A stretch of 64,000 nucleotides of DNA from an uncultured Alphaproteobacteria bacterium (GCA_946625925.1 CAMOTP010000001.1:2770-66769); one strand, 5' to 3'. Numbered from the stretch's first letter, positions 48,350 to 57,984 are shown. The notes: generated from the sequence alone by a model not told the origin. Translations and numbers: made by a program.

Positions 48350-49120
48350 ATGAGAACGTTTAATAACAAAGGCGTTTATGAATCACCATTTAAATATGAT
48401 CGTGATTTCAAGGTCAGAGTACGTTGTGATGGACTCGATTTACCAGAATATTGTGGCAATTGGAATCAGGCGGGTCATATTATTCCATATCCAGAAACTT
48501 TACAAACATATATTTTCCCACTTATAAGATCTGCGGGGCTGGGTGAAGATGGATTGCAATTCGAACGCGAATATATTGTAAGCAGTAAAAGACGCGGATT
48601 ATTATATCGTGGTGTTAGTAATTTGTTGAGGGCTTTGGATGATATGCCATCGCGTTCGTGGTCTGGAAATGGTTTAAGTTTTGGTGCACATTATCGTATC
48701 AAAAATGCCAAAGACTATGAAATTTTTCATGCAAAGATGCTTTATGATGATGGACCATATGGTGAAATAGAATTCGAAGTTGAATATTATGATTCAACTG
48801 CTTTGAAATATCGTTATGGTTGGCGCTGTTGGGATGATGAGAAATTTGTCTATGACCTGGATTATGCTGCGATGGATGCAACCACAGATATATTTGGTGT
48901 TTTAGAAAATGCAAAAACACGTTATCGTCCATCAAGTGTATTTTTTGACGTCGCTTCTTATATGCAAACTCCAAGATTTATGCGTCCACGCGGCAGTTTT
49001 TTAATTCCGTTATTGCCTGGCTCTAATGGGTTAGCGTCGCGCAGGGTGCGTCGTGTATTACACAAAATGAATTATTTGTGTGCGAAATACGAGTGGAATA
49101 AATATAATCAAGGTAGATAA
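48350..49120 (+). CDS. hypothetical protein
   Basis: 257 aa from internal ATG (MRTFNNKG) with AAAAGG RBS; no recognised domain. Confidence 0.45.
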   Translation: MRTFNNKGVYESPFKYDRDFKVRVRCDGLDLPEYCGNWNQAGHIIPYPETLQTYIFPLIRSAGLGEDGLQFEREYIVSSKRRGLLYRGVSNLLRALDDMPSRSWSGNGLSFGAHYRIKNAKDYEIFHAKMLYDDGPYGEIEFEVEYYDSTALKYRYGWRCWDDEKFVYDLDYAAMDATTDIFGVLENAKTRYRPSSVFFDVASYMQTPRFMRPRGSFLIPLLPGSNGLASRRVRRVLHKMNYLCAKYEWNKYNQGR

Positions 49121-49122
49121 AA

Positions 49123-49158
49123 AAACACCCATTTGGGTGTTTTTTTTGTTGGCAAAAG
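49123..49158 (+). repeat. terminator-like repeat copy 3 (right boundary of accessory segment)
   Basis: ACACCCATTTGGGTGTTTTTTTTGTTGGCAAAAG; matches copy 2 in stem, T-run and TTGGCAAA(G/A)G tail. Confidence 0.65.
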
Positions 49159-49202
49159 TCGCTATTTTGTTTATACTTTTTACGAAAGGCAAGGGGTGTA
49201 TC

Positions 49203-50312
49203 ATGACGCAAATATTATCCGAAGTGTATCTGGATTATTCTGATATTTTAATTAGACCAAAAATGGGTATAAACCTGAATTCGCGCAAAGATGTTAATTT
49301 ACAAAGATTATTCAAGTTTAAACATGGACAAACACGTACAGGTTTGGGCGTATTTAATGCTAATATGGCGACAGTTGGTAATTTTATTGTTGCAAAAAAA
49401 TTGTTGCAAAAAGGTATGTTTGCCACAATACACAAACATTATACTGTCGATGAAATAGGAAAGTTTTTCTTGGATGCTAAACAAGAAAATGTTCCATTGG
49501 ATAATCTGTTCGTGACGATTGGATTGAAAGATATAGACGGACAAATTCAAAAATTAAAAGAATTGGAATCTGGATATGGTTGGAAATCACCACGCAATAT
49601 CTGTATTGATGCCCCAAATTTTTATATTCAGAAGGCTTTGGATGTTTTGGCACGTGTCAGACAAGAATTCCCTGATGCGGTAATAATGGCTGGAAATATT
49701 GCCAGTTCGGATATTTGCCTTAAATTATTAGATTATGCCGATATTATAAAATGCGGTATTGGCAGTGGTTCTGCGTGTTTAACAAGAAAACAAACAGGTT
49801 GTGGAACACCAATGGTGTCGTTGATTTTAGAATGCGCGGATATTGCACATTCTGTGGGGGGGCATATTTGTGCGGATGGTGGTATTGTTGATGTTGGTGA
49901 TATTTGCAAGGCATTGTGTTTGAATTCTGATTTCGTTATGGCGGGCGGTATGTTTGCCGGTACAGACGAGGCCGAAGGACAAATTATCGAGAAAAATTAC
50001 GAAACATCTGAGATGTTTGATGGAAAACATGTTATTCAAACAAAGTGTTTCAAGGTGTATTATGGTATGTCTTCGGAATATGCAAATAATAAGTTTGCTG
50101 GTGGTATGGGGAATTATAAAACATCCGAAGGACGTGAATTGTTAATTCCATATACTGGTTCGATTGATAAAATTTTGCAAGATATCACTGGTGGAATTGC
50201 GTCATGTTGTACTTATATTGGTGCCGCTTCGGTTAAGCATATGTCAAAGTGTGCAACAATAATTCAGGTACACAATCAGTTAAATAAAGTGTTTGAAAAA
50301 TACTCGGTTTAA
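49203..50312 (+). CDS. guaC: GMP reductase (IMPDH/GMPR family)
   Basis: LDYSDILIRPK, CIDAPN, GIGSGSACLTR, YYGMSSE; collinear with E. coli GuaC. Confidence 0.85.
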   Translation: MTQILSEVYLDYSDILIRPKMGINLNSRKDVNLQRLFKFKHGQTRTGLGVFNANMATVGNFIVAKKLLQKGMFATIHKHYTVDEIGKFFLDAKQENVPLDNLFVTIGLKDIDGQIQKLKELESGYGWKSPRNICIDAPNFYIQKALDVLARVRQEFPDAVIMAGNIASSDICLKLLDYADIIKCGIGSGSACLTRKQTGCGTPMVSLILECADIAHSVGGHICADGGIVDVGDICKALCLNSDFVMAGGMFAGTDEAEGQIIEKNYETSEMFDGKHVIQTKCFKVYYGMSSEYANNKFAGGMGNYKTSEGRELLIPYTGSIDKILQDITGGIASCCTYIGAASVKHMSKCATIIQVHNQLNKVFEKYSV

Positions 50313-50359
50313 TTTGTTGGTTTTTCTGTTTTTTTGTTGACAATATACGTTTTTAGGCT

Positions 50360-50680
50360 ATGGTACAAAAAACAGGGGTGCCAGTTATGACGTATATTCG
50401 TAAACAACAAGAAAATTTTTTCGTATCACAAATTAAGTGGATTATGCAAATCCCAAATCCTGATGTTTATATTTTTCGGTTTATCGAAAAACAGGTCGTG
50501 CCGGTTGTAAAAATAATAGTGCATGCAGGTGTGCATCGTTTTGTGTTAGAAGAAATACCTGGTAATAGTTATAGTATTGATGTCGTTGTTGATAATCAAA
50601 AAATGTGGATTACATCATCAGATTGTGTGAATGACTTGTTGAATATAAAACAAAAATTGCTGCAATCATATGAAAAATAA
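50360..50680 (+). CDS. hypothetical small protein
   Basis: 106-aa ORF; no features. Confidence 0.3.
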   Translation: MVQKTGVPVMTYIRKQQENFFVSQIKWIMQIPNPDVYIFRFIEKQVVPVVKIIVHAGVHRFVLEEIPGNSYSIDVVVDNQKMWITSSDCVNDLLNIKQKLLQSYEK

Positions 50681-50877
50681 TATGAATTATGTAACAGGGG
50701 GCATATTTTTCTATCTGGGTAGAATGATTTGACAAAATTATATATAAATTATTACTGGACTTTTTATTTATTTCTGGTAATAATCTATTTCGTATTGGTA
50801 CCCATAAAATCGGGCAGGTAATTATGAAAAGTTTTTTTAAAAAATTTTGGAATTAATGGGTGCGATCTGGATTTATG

Positions 50878-50908
50878 ACGGACGCACTTGTTGGGCGTCC
50901 GTTTTTTA
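50878..50908 (+). terminator. intrinsic-terminator-like hairpin in the lysS leader
   Basis: ACGGACGCACTTGTTGGGCGTCCGT + T6, 25 nt before the lysS ATG; 10-codon uORF MKSFFKKFWN at ~50823-50855. Confidence 0.5.
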
Positions 50909-50930
50909 ATAACCATAAAAAGGAAAAACA

Positions 50931-52397
50931 ATGGCAGAAAACCAAACTATATCAACAAATGAATTAGAAGCCCGCCTGCAAAAGGCAGAAAATATCCGTT
51001 TACGTGATGGTGTTGTATGGAAAGATAAATTCGAACGGTCCCATAAAATATGCGATGCACGTAATTTAGAGGATGGTGCGGATGTTAAATTGTGTGGCCG
51101 TATTACTGCGTTGCGTTGGCTGGGTAAGTTGATGTTTGGTCGTATTTATGATATCGAAGGCGAAATTCAGTTTTCAATGTCTCGTGAAGAAATCGGTGAA
51201 GAAGATTACAAGTTTATGAAGGCTAATGTCGATATGGGTGATTTTATCGGTATTACTGGAACTTTGTATCATACAACCGCGGGTGAACTGACAGTTAAAG
51301 TGTCCAAATATGAGATCTTGGCCAAGGCATTGCGTCCTTTGCCAGAAAAATTCCATGGCTTGACGGATATGGAAACGCGTTATCGTCAACGTTATTTGGA
51401 TATTGTTTCTAATCCTGAATCCAGAAATGCATTGTTGGGACGTTTTAAATTAACACAAAATTTGCGTGATTTTATGAACAGGCATGACTTTTTGGAAATT
51501 GAAACACCAATTATGCAAAATATTGCATCAGGTGCAGCAGCAAGACCATTTACAACCCATCATAATGCATTGAATGCTGATTTCCAATTGCGTATTTCAC
51601 CGGAATTGTTCTTGAAGCAGGCTATTGGCGCAGGATTTGATAGAGTATATGAAGTTGCCAAAGACTTTCGTAACGAAGGTATGGATGCAATGCACTTACA
51701 AGAATTTACTATGATTGAGTGGTATGCAGCATATTGGGATTACAAGAAAAATATTCAATTTACTTGGGAAATGGTGCAAGAATTGATTATGAAAGCACGT
51801 GGGACTTTGCAAATCGAATATCAAGGAATTAAGTTAGATTTCAGTAAATATGAACTGATTGATTATACAGCCAAAATGAACGAATTGTTTGGTTGCAATA
51901 TTTTAGACTTTGATGATGTTAATGTGTTGCGTCAGAAATTGGTCGATATGGGTATGTTCCCAATGTCTGAATTAGAAGATTTAAATTCTTTGGCGACTTT
52001 GGTGGATTATGTTTATAAACGCAAGATACGTGTCAATATTGTTCAACCAACTTTCTTGTATAATTATCCAACATATATGGTGCCATTGGCACGTCGCAGT
52101 GATAAGGATGTTCGTTGCCTGGATATGTATCAGTTGTTGGTCGCAGGTGGCGAATTGTGTAAGGGATATTCTGAATTAGTTAATCCGATTCAACAGGCCA
52201 AGGCTTTCGAAGACCAGGCAAAAGATATTGCTAATGGCGAAGAAGAGGCATTTAATCCGGATAATGACTTTGTGCGTGCTATGGAACATGGTTTTCCACC
52301 AATTTCTGGGGTCGGTATGGGTATCGACAGATTGGCGATGATTGTATTTGATCAACCAACTGCGCGTGATATTGTTTTGTTCCCAATTATGAAATAA
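50931..52397 (+). CDS. lysS: lysyl-tRNA synthetase, class II
   Basis: OB-fold N-terminus, class II motifs (FRNEG, GGELCKGYSEL, GVGMGIDRL). Confidence 0.95.
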   Translation: MAENQTISTNELEARLQKAENIRLRDGVVWKDKFERSHKICDARNLEDGADVKLCGRITALRWLGKLMFGRIYDIEGEIQFSMSREEIGEEDYKFMKANVDMGDFIGITGTLYHTTAGELTVKVSKYEILAKALRPLPEKFHGLTDMETRYRQRYLDIVSNPESRNALLGRFKLTQNLRDFMNRHDFLEIETPIMQNIASGAAARPFTTHHNALNADFQLRISPELFLKQAIGAGFDRVYEVAKDFRNEGMDAMHLQEFTMIEWYAAYWDYKKNIQFTWEMVQELIMKARGTLQIEYQGIKLDFSKYELIDYTAKMNELFGCNILDFDDVNVLRQKLVDMGMFPMSELEDLNSLATLVDYVYKRKIRVNIVQPTFLYNYPTYMVPLARRSDKDVRCLDMYQLLVAGGELCKGYSELVNPIQQAKAFEDQAKDIANGEEEAFNPDNDFVRAMEHGFPPISGVGMGIDRLAMIVFDQPTARDIVLFPIMK

Positions 52398-52410
52398 TAG
52401 GGAACCCAAT

Positions 52411-53799
52411 ATGAATCAAGATGCTCCCGATGCTTTGATACGGACCGAGGCCAAAGATGTTAAAAATTTGGCAACAATAGATGATGCCCTGAAATCCGGT
52501 CGTATAGATGCAGATGCTGCGGATTATTTAAAATTGGCTTATTCTAATGGAATGGATTGGTTTCGTGAGGTGTTCCATTTTTTAGGTAAATGTTTAGGTG
52601 CACCAAAAACAGCCGTTGTTCCGTATGACAGCAAAACAAATTCTGGAATAGATATTCCGATGAAGATTGCTGATATTAATCCGTTAGAGGCTTATTTGGT
52701 TCAACATCGTTTAGATGCAGACCCGATGAGAAATCAATTTTTTACATCGCATGAAAAATGTCAGATTGATTTGTCAGTATCTTCTATTGTGACAGTTATT
52801 GTTGCTGCACAAAAAGATGTTAATCGTGCATTAGATAAAATCACAGGTAAATATTATAATCAATTTTTAGATTCTGTGTTGGATGTTGTTAAAACAACAT
52901 TAGGAACAAGATTGAATATGCAGTTTATATCTAATCTGGAAACAGAAATACGGGAACAATTTGCCGCAAAATATATAACCAATGCAGCCGAGGTTGTTTT
53001 AAGTTTGGTTGGTGATATAGATAAAAAATTGGCTGTGGAATTGGTAAGAAATTTGGATAAGATAAAAAGACCATATCATCGTTTATATGATGTTTGGCGT
53101 ATTAAATGTTTGTTCGATTTAATTCCCCAAGCACGAACTTTTATTGAAAGAATGCAAGAATTAATGCCAGATAGAATTTTAGAAGTTCGTGATAAATTCT
53201 ATGATATAAAAAATCCTCGTAATTATAGGGATGCAAAAATAATCGTAAATATAGGAAAAGATGGTGCAATTGTCCCTATGGAAATTATCTGTCAGGTGCG
53301 TAAGTTTTTTGAAGCGGAAACTAAAACACATACCAATTATGAATCTATTCGTACAGATACAGGCGATACTATTCATAAAGAACAAGAATCTTCGGATTAT
53401 ATGGAATGTGGGGTACAGCAATATAATTTGATGATATTGGAATGCCTGAACGATTTGTTTGAAAGGGTGGGTTGGAATATTTTGTATTCACGTGATCACG
53501 ATGTTTCTATGTTTGAAGGTTTCCCGAAAGAGTGCAAATTATATTATCCTCCACGTGTAATGGATTCTATTCGTGCAAAATTAACATTGGCTGTGGAAAA
53601 TGAAATTTTCCACATGCGTGAGGTTCCTGCAAAATTAACAAAAGAACAAATGAATAAAATTTATTTGTTTATGGCGCGTTTTGTTTTGGTGGCCGCTATG
53701 CCATATTTATCAAAGAATTGGTCTGTGCCAAAAGATACAGATGCTGGCGAATTGTTTGATTTTGTTATGAAAGAGGTTCAAAGGTATTACAAAAAATAA
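52411..53799 (+). CDS. hypothetical protein; segment weakly reminiscent of nucleotidyltransferase folds
   Basis: 462 aa; ...NIGKDGAIVPMEIICQVRKFFEAETKTHTNYE... faintly resembles the RelA/SpoT-like EVQIRT..H..AE..H..YK pattern; not reliable. Confidence 0.4.
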   Translation: MNQDAPDALIRTEAKDVKNLATIDDALKSGRIDADAADYLKLAYSNGMDWFREVFHFLGKCLGAPKTAVVPYDSKTNSGIDIPMKIADINPLEAYLVQHRLDADPMRNQFFTSHEKCQIDLSVSSIVTVIVAAQKDVNRALDKITGKYYNQFLDSVLDVVKTTLGTRLNMQFISNLETEIREQFAAKYITNAAEVVLSLVGDIDKKLAVELVRNLDKIKRPYHRLYDVWRIKCLFDLIPQARTFIERMQELMPDRILEVRDKFYDIKNPRNYRDAKIIVNIGKDGAIVPMEIICQVRKFFEAETKTHTNYESIRTDTGDTIHKEQESSDYMECGVQQYNLMILECLNDLFERVGWNILYSRDHDVSMFEGFPKECKLYYPPRVMDSIRAKLTLAVENEIFHMREVPAKLTKEQMNKIYLFMARFVLVAAMPYLSKNWSVPKDTDAGELFDFVMKEVQRYYKK

Positions 53800-53918
53800 T
53801 TTTGTATTGGAATTAAAGCCTTGTTGTATTTCCTTGCGTTGATTAAAAAAAATGTTTAATATGTAATTAGGTTCTGGGTAAGCTTGTAATCAGAACTATA
53901 ACAAGCATAAGGAAAGGA

Positions 53919-54275
53919 TTGGTTATGCGTCAAGGAAAGGTTAAATGGTACAATGGTAAAAAGTGTTTTGGCTTTATTAGTCCCGACACCCCAAATGAAG
54001 ATGGTAATATGGATGATGTTTTTGTTCATTCCAGCGCTTTAAAGGCAGCAGATATTCGTTTCTTGAATGAAAATGATATTGTTGAATTTGAAGAAGAACC
54101 CAGAAATGGCAAGTTGTCTGTGACAACAATCAAACTTATTCAACGTGACGAGGAATCAGCAAAAAGATTCCAAGAACGCAGGGCAGAACGTCGTCGTGCA
54201 CGTGAAGAAAAAAAATCACGTGAAGAACACGAAGACCGTAAAGAACGTCATGGATTTGCGTTTTGGAAAAAATAA
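53919..54275 (+). CDS. cold-shock domain protein with charged C-terminal extension
   Basis: GKVKWYNGKKCFGFI...FVHSSAL (RNP1/RNP2-like); then 50-aa R/E/K-rich tail. Confidence 0.8.
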   Translation: MVMRQGKVKWYNGKKCFGFISPDTPNEDGNMDDVFVHSSALKAADIRFLNENDIVEFEEEPRNGKLSVTTIKLIQRDEESAKRFQERRAERRRAREEKKSREEHEDRKERHGFAFWKK

Positions 54276-54395
54276 GTTTTATTGAAAAAAAATTTATAAC
54301 CGTCCATTGTGTTTATGGGCGGTTTTTGTTTTTTGAATATCTTGATTTTTTGTGTGATTTATATTATATTTGTTGTGATGAAAAAGGAGTGTAAA

Positions 54396-54938
54396 ATGAC
54401 AACTGTTTTAATCGTTTTGGGTATTATAATTTTGTATATTGTTTTTGTTTATAATGGTTTGGTTGCACGTCGTAATCAATGTAAAGAGGCGTGGGCGACA
54501 ATTGATACCCAGTTGAAACGTCGTTATGATTTAATTCCAAATTTATTAGAAAGCGTAAAAGGTGCGGCTAAACACGAAAAAGAAACGTTGGATGCCGTTA
54601 TTTCTGCGCGTAATGCAGCAATGTCTGCAACAGGGGCGGCGGATAAAAGTGTTGCAGAAAATGCATTATCCGGGGCATTAAAGAATATTTTTGCGTTGGC
54701 TGAAAGTTATCCAAATTTAAAGGCAAATGAAAACTTTTTGGAATTGCAACGTGAATTGGCGGATACAGAAACTAAAATTCAGGCAACACGTCAGTTTTAT
54801 AATAATGTGGTTATGGGGTTGAATACTGCGGTTGAACAATTTCCAACAAACTTGATTGCGAATATGTTTGGTATTAAACAAGAAAAATTGTTTGAAATTG
54901 ATGAATCAGAACGTGTCGCACCAAAAGTAAAGTTTTAA
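54396..54938 (+). CDS. lemA: LemA family protein
   Basis: N-terminal TM then RRNQCKEAWATIDTQLKRRYDLIPNL; AAGGAG RBS. Confidence 0.8.
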   Translation: MTTVLIVLGIIILYIVFVYNGLVARRNQCKEAWATIDTQLKRRYDLIPNLLESVKGAAKHEKETLDAVISARNAAMSATGAADKSVAENALSGALKNIFALAESYPNLKANENFLELQRELADTETKIQATRQFYNNVVMGLNTAVEQFPTNLIANMFGIKQEKLFEIDESERVAPKVKF

Positions 54939-54945
54939 AATTTTT

Positions 54946-55476
54946 ATGCAAAACGATTTTAACTTTTGTCCGCATTGTGGCGGAAGAAATGTTCGTAATA
55001 TAGATATGCGTCATTGGCAATGTGATGATTGTGGTTTTGTTTTGTATCACAATGTTGCCGCATCTGTTGCTGTTATTATTGCTGATGAATCTGGTGCAAT
55101 TCTTTTTGAGGTGCGTGCCAAACAGCCTAAACAAGGGATGTTGTGTTTGCCGGGTGGTTTCGTTGAACCAGGTGAGAGTTTAGAGCAGGCGTGTGTTCGT
55201 GAATGTTATGAGGAAATAGGTGTAAAACCTGTGGGGTTGCAATATATGGCATCGTTTCCCAATACTTATGAATACAAAGGGGTTTTGTATAAGACTTGTG
55301 ATGCTTTTTTTGTGGCAAACATGCCAGATAATGCGGAATTTCATCTGCAACAGGGCGAGGTGTCGCAAATACAAAAATGCTGTATAAATAATTTGCAAGA
55401 TTTAGAAAAATTGCCGTTGGCTTTTGATAGTGCGCGTTGTGCATTGAAATGTTTTGTTTCTGAATTTTATAAATAA
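54946..55476 (+). CDS. NUDIX hydrolase with N-terminal zinc ribbon (NudC-like)
   Basis: CPHCGG...CDDCGF zinc ribbon; Nudix box GGFVEPGESLEQACVRECYEEIG. Confidence 0.75.
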   Translation: MQNDFNFCPHCGGRNVRNIDMRHWQCDDCGFVLYHNVAASVAVIIADESGAILFEVRAKQPKQGMLCLPGGFVEPGESLEQACVRECYEEIGVKPVGLQYMASFPNTYEYKGVLYKTCDAFFVANMPDNAEFHLQQGEVSQIQKCCINNLQDLEKLPLAFDSARCALKCFVSEFYK

Positions 55477-55536
55477 TATATTGACAAAATAATATTTTGG
55501 TATTATATTGTATGCGTGATAACAAAAGGATTTATT

Positions 55537-56196
55537 ATGAATTCAACATGGAAAGCAAGACGAATTGAACGTAGAGACGATGTCAACGCAATACAAGAAG
55601 TATTGGATGTACTGAATCGTATGAATACATCCGTGAATGTTACAGACGGAAAATATATTATTATGCAAAATGGTAAAAAAAGATATGAAATAACTATGTT
55701 TGATTATGATGCTACAATTCGTGCGTTTGATGGTGATACACCTGGTGCAGTTCGTTGCGTTTTAGGCGAGGGTATTGTTCCAAAGGCAAAGTTATGGTTG
55801 TTAAGATTTGAATTAGAAAGTGCGACCATTTCGGGACCTTTTGAAAAATTAGCTGATAAGGCAAGATCTTTTCAATCTGATGTTAAATTAATAAATAAAA
55901 TTTTGACTGTTTTAATGCGTGATGATACACAGGTTTGTATTAATCATGAGACAAATGTTATGAAAAGGTATGAAATATTGTACAACATGAATAATCAAGA
56001 TTATAGATTGATTGTTGAATATAATGGTTCTTTGGTAAAATTTGCTGAAAACGGTGTTGATACAATGATTGATGCCAATGGCTATATAGGCTGGAAATTA
56101 GGTGTTTTGCGTAAAGAGTTAGATAAAAAAATGACACCACATGTTTCATTGATGACACGTTTAACACAAAAATTGAAAAATCGTCAATATCAATAA
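55537..56196 (+). CDS. hypothetical protein
   Basis: 220 aa from ATG with AAAAGGA RBS; no recognised domain. Confidence 0.4.
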   Translation: MNSTWKARRIERRDDVNAIQEVLDVLNRMNTSVNVTDGKYIIMQNGKKRYEITMFDYDATIRAFDGDTPGAVRCVLGEGIVPKAKLWLLRFELESATISGPFEKLADKARSFQSDVKLINKILTVLMRDDTQVCINHETNVMKRYEILYNMNNQDYRLIVEYNGSLVKFAENGVDTMIDANGYIGWKLGVLRKELDKKMTPHVSLMTRLTQKLKNRQYQ

Positions 56197-56342
56197 AAAA
56201 CTTGATTTTATGATAAAAATGCTCTAATATATGCACCGCTGGGTAATCAGAACTGATTAAACTGCGGTGCTTTTTGGTCCCGTATGCGATAAGGATTCTG
56301 TAAAATATCTGGCACCGAAAAACCAAAAAAAAGGATAAAATT

Positions 56343-56975
56343 ATGGCAAGAGCTGGTGCAAAACGTAGCACACGTAAATTGAAAATCGCTCGTTCTTTGG
56401 GCGTTAACTTGTGGGGACAAGCAAAATCTCCATTTAATAAACGTAAATATAAACCTGGCCAACATGGTCCAACATCTCGTGGTGGTAATAATTCTGCTTA
56501 TGCACAACAGATGCGTGCAAAACAGACTTTGAAAGGTTATTATGGTAATATCGGCGAAAAAAAGTTCCATAAATATTATGCCGAAGCTGATAATATGAAA
56601 GGCGACACACCTGATAATTTGATTGGTTTGCTTGAACGTCGTTTGGATGCTGTTGTGTATCGTGCAAAATTGGCGCCAACAGTATTCTCTTCACGTCAAT
56701 TGATTAACCATGGGCATATTATGGTTAATGGCAAACGTGTCAAGATTCCATCATATCGTGTGAATCCGGGTGATGTTATCACAGTTAGTGAAAAAGCAAA
56801 ACAGATGCCATTGGTCGTGTTGGCTTTGGAATCTGGTGAACGTAATTTCTGTGATTATGTTAATGTGGATAGTGCAAACTTTACAGCGACATTTGTTCGT
56901 GTTCCTGCGTTTGCAGACGTTCCATATCCTGTTCAAATGTCACCAGAATTGGTCGTCGAATTCTATTCTCGTTAA
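56343..56975 (+). CDS. rpsD: 30S ribosomal protein S4
   Basis: MARAGAKRSTRKLKIARSLG..., PGQHG, S4 domain LERRLDAVVYR. Confidence 0.95.
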   Translation: MARAGAKRSTRKLKIARSLGVNLWGQAKSPFNKRKYKPGQHGPTSRGGNNSAYAQQMRAKQTLKGYYGNIGEKKFHKYYAEADNMKGDTPDNLIGLLERRLDAVVYRAKLAPTVFSSRQLINHGHIMVNGKRVKIPSYRVNPGDVITVSEKAKQMPLVVLALESGERNFCDYVNVDSANFTATFVRVPAFADVPYPVQMSPELVVEFYSR

Positions 56976-57021
56976 TAGATGGATTGAATTTAAAAACCGC
57001 CAAAGTTTTTGGCGGTTTTTT

Positions 57022-57984
57022 TTATTCTTTTATATCATCGTTTATATCATCGTTTGGATCGTGCTTGGCAAATGGATGGGCATGTGCGTAAATATTATTA
57101 ATTTCTGCCATATTTACCTTGGTGTAAAGTTGGGTTGTTGATAATGATGCGTGCCCTAATAATTCTTGTAAGCTTCGTAAATCTGCACCATGTGATAACA
57201 ATGCGGTTGCAAATGTATGTCGCAGGGCGTGAGGGGTCACATAATCAGGCAACTGTAAATATGCGCGCAGTTTTTCAACAGTTTTTTCTGCCATGCGTGC
57301 AGACATAGGTAATCCTTTGACACTGCGAAATAATGGTTTGTCTGGAACAGGGGGATATGGGCATGTTGCCAAATATTTTGCAATTGCTTCATTTACGGCT
57401 GGTAATACGGGAACAATGCGTTCTTTTTTCCCTTTGCCGATGATGTGTAAAATATCTGGAGCATTTTTTACATCTTGGACTGTTAAAGATAAAGCCTCGG
57501 ATATACGTAATCCGCATCCAAATAAAAGTGTTACCAAGGCCCAATCCCTGGTTGCCACCCATGGATTTTTTTCATCAATAGCGGTTAATGCTGATTTCAT
57601 ATCTGCAACATCAGTGCTTTCGATTGCTTTTGATAATTTTCGTGGAACTTTTGGTGATGATATTAAACTGATAGCCTCATTTTGAATATCATATTTTTTA
57701 GCAATAAATTTATAAAAACTGCGCAATGATGACAATGCACGTGCAGTAGATTTGTGTTCCAGGTTTCTGCGTGCGCGATCTGCCAACCAGGCGCGAAAAG
57801 CAATTGTGTCAATCTGGGACAAATCATTTGGTAATAATTCTGAATTGGACCAACGTGTATAAAAATTCAAGAAATCATGGATATCCGTTTCATAGGCTGT
57901 TGCTGTATGTATAGAATATTGTTTCGTATTCAATAAATAATCTATAAAATCGGCGATGATTTCTTTCATTTTATCTGATTTCAA
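57022..57984 (-). CDS. tyrosine site-specific recombinase, XerC/XerD family
   Basis: R..HxxR..Y catalytic arrangement (HALRHTFAT, LGHASLSTTQLYT); unusual acidic C-terminal tail PNDDINDDIKE. Confidence 0.85.
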   Translation of the reverse strand: MKSDKMKEIIADFIDYLLNTKQYSIHTATAYETDIHDFLNFYTRWSNSELLPNDLSQIDTIAFRAWLADRARRNLEHKSTARALSSLRSFYKFIAKKYDIQNEAISLISSPKVPRKLSKAIESTDVADMKSALTAIDEKNPWVATRDWALVTLLFGCGLRISEALSLTVQDVKNAPDILHIIGKGKKERIVPVLPAVNEAIAKYLATCPYPPVPDKPLFRSVKGLPMSARMAEKTVEKLRAYLQLPDYVTPHALRHTFATALLSHGADLRSLQELLGHASLSTTQLYTKVNMAEINNIYAHAHPFAKHDPNDDINDDIKE

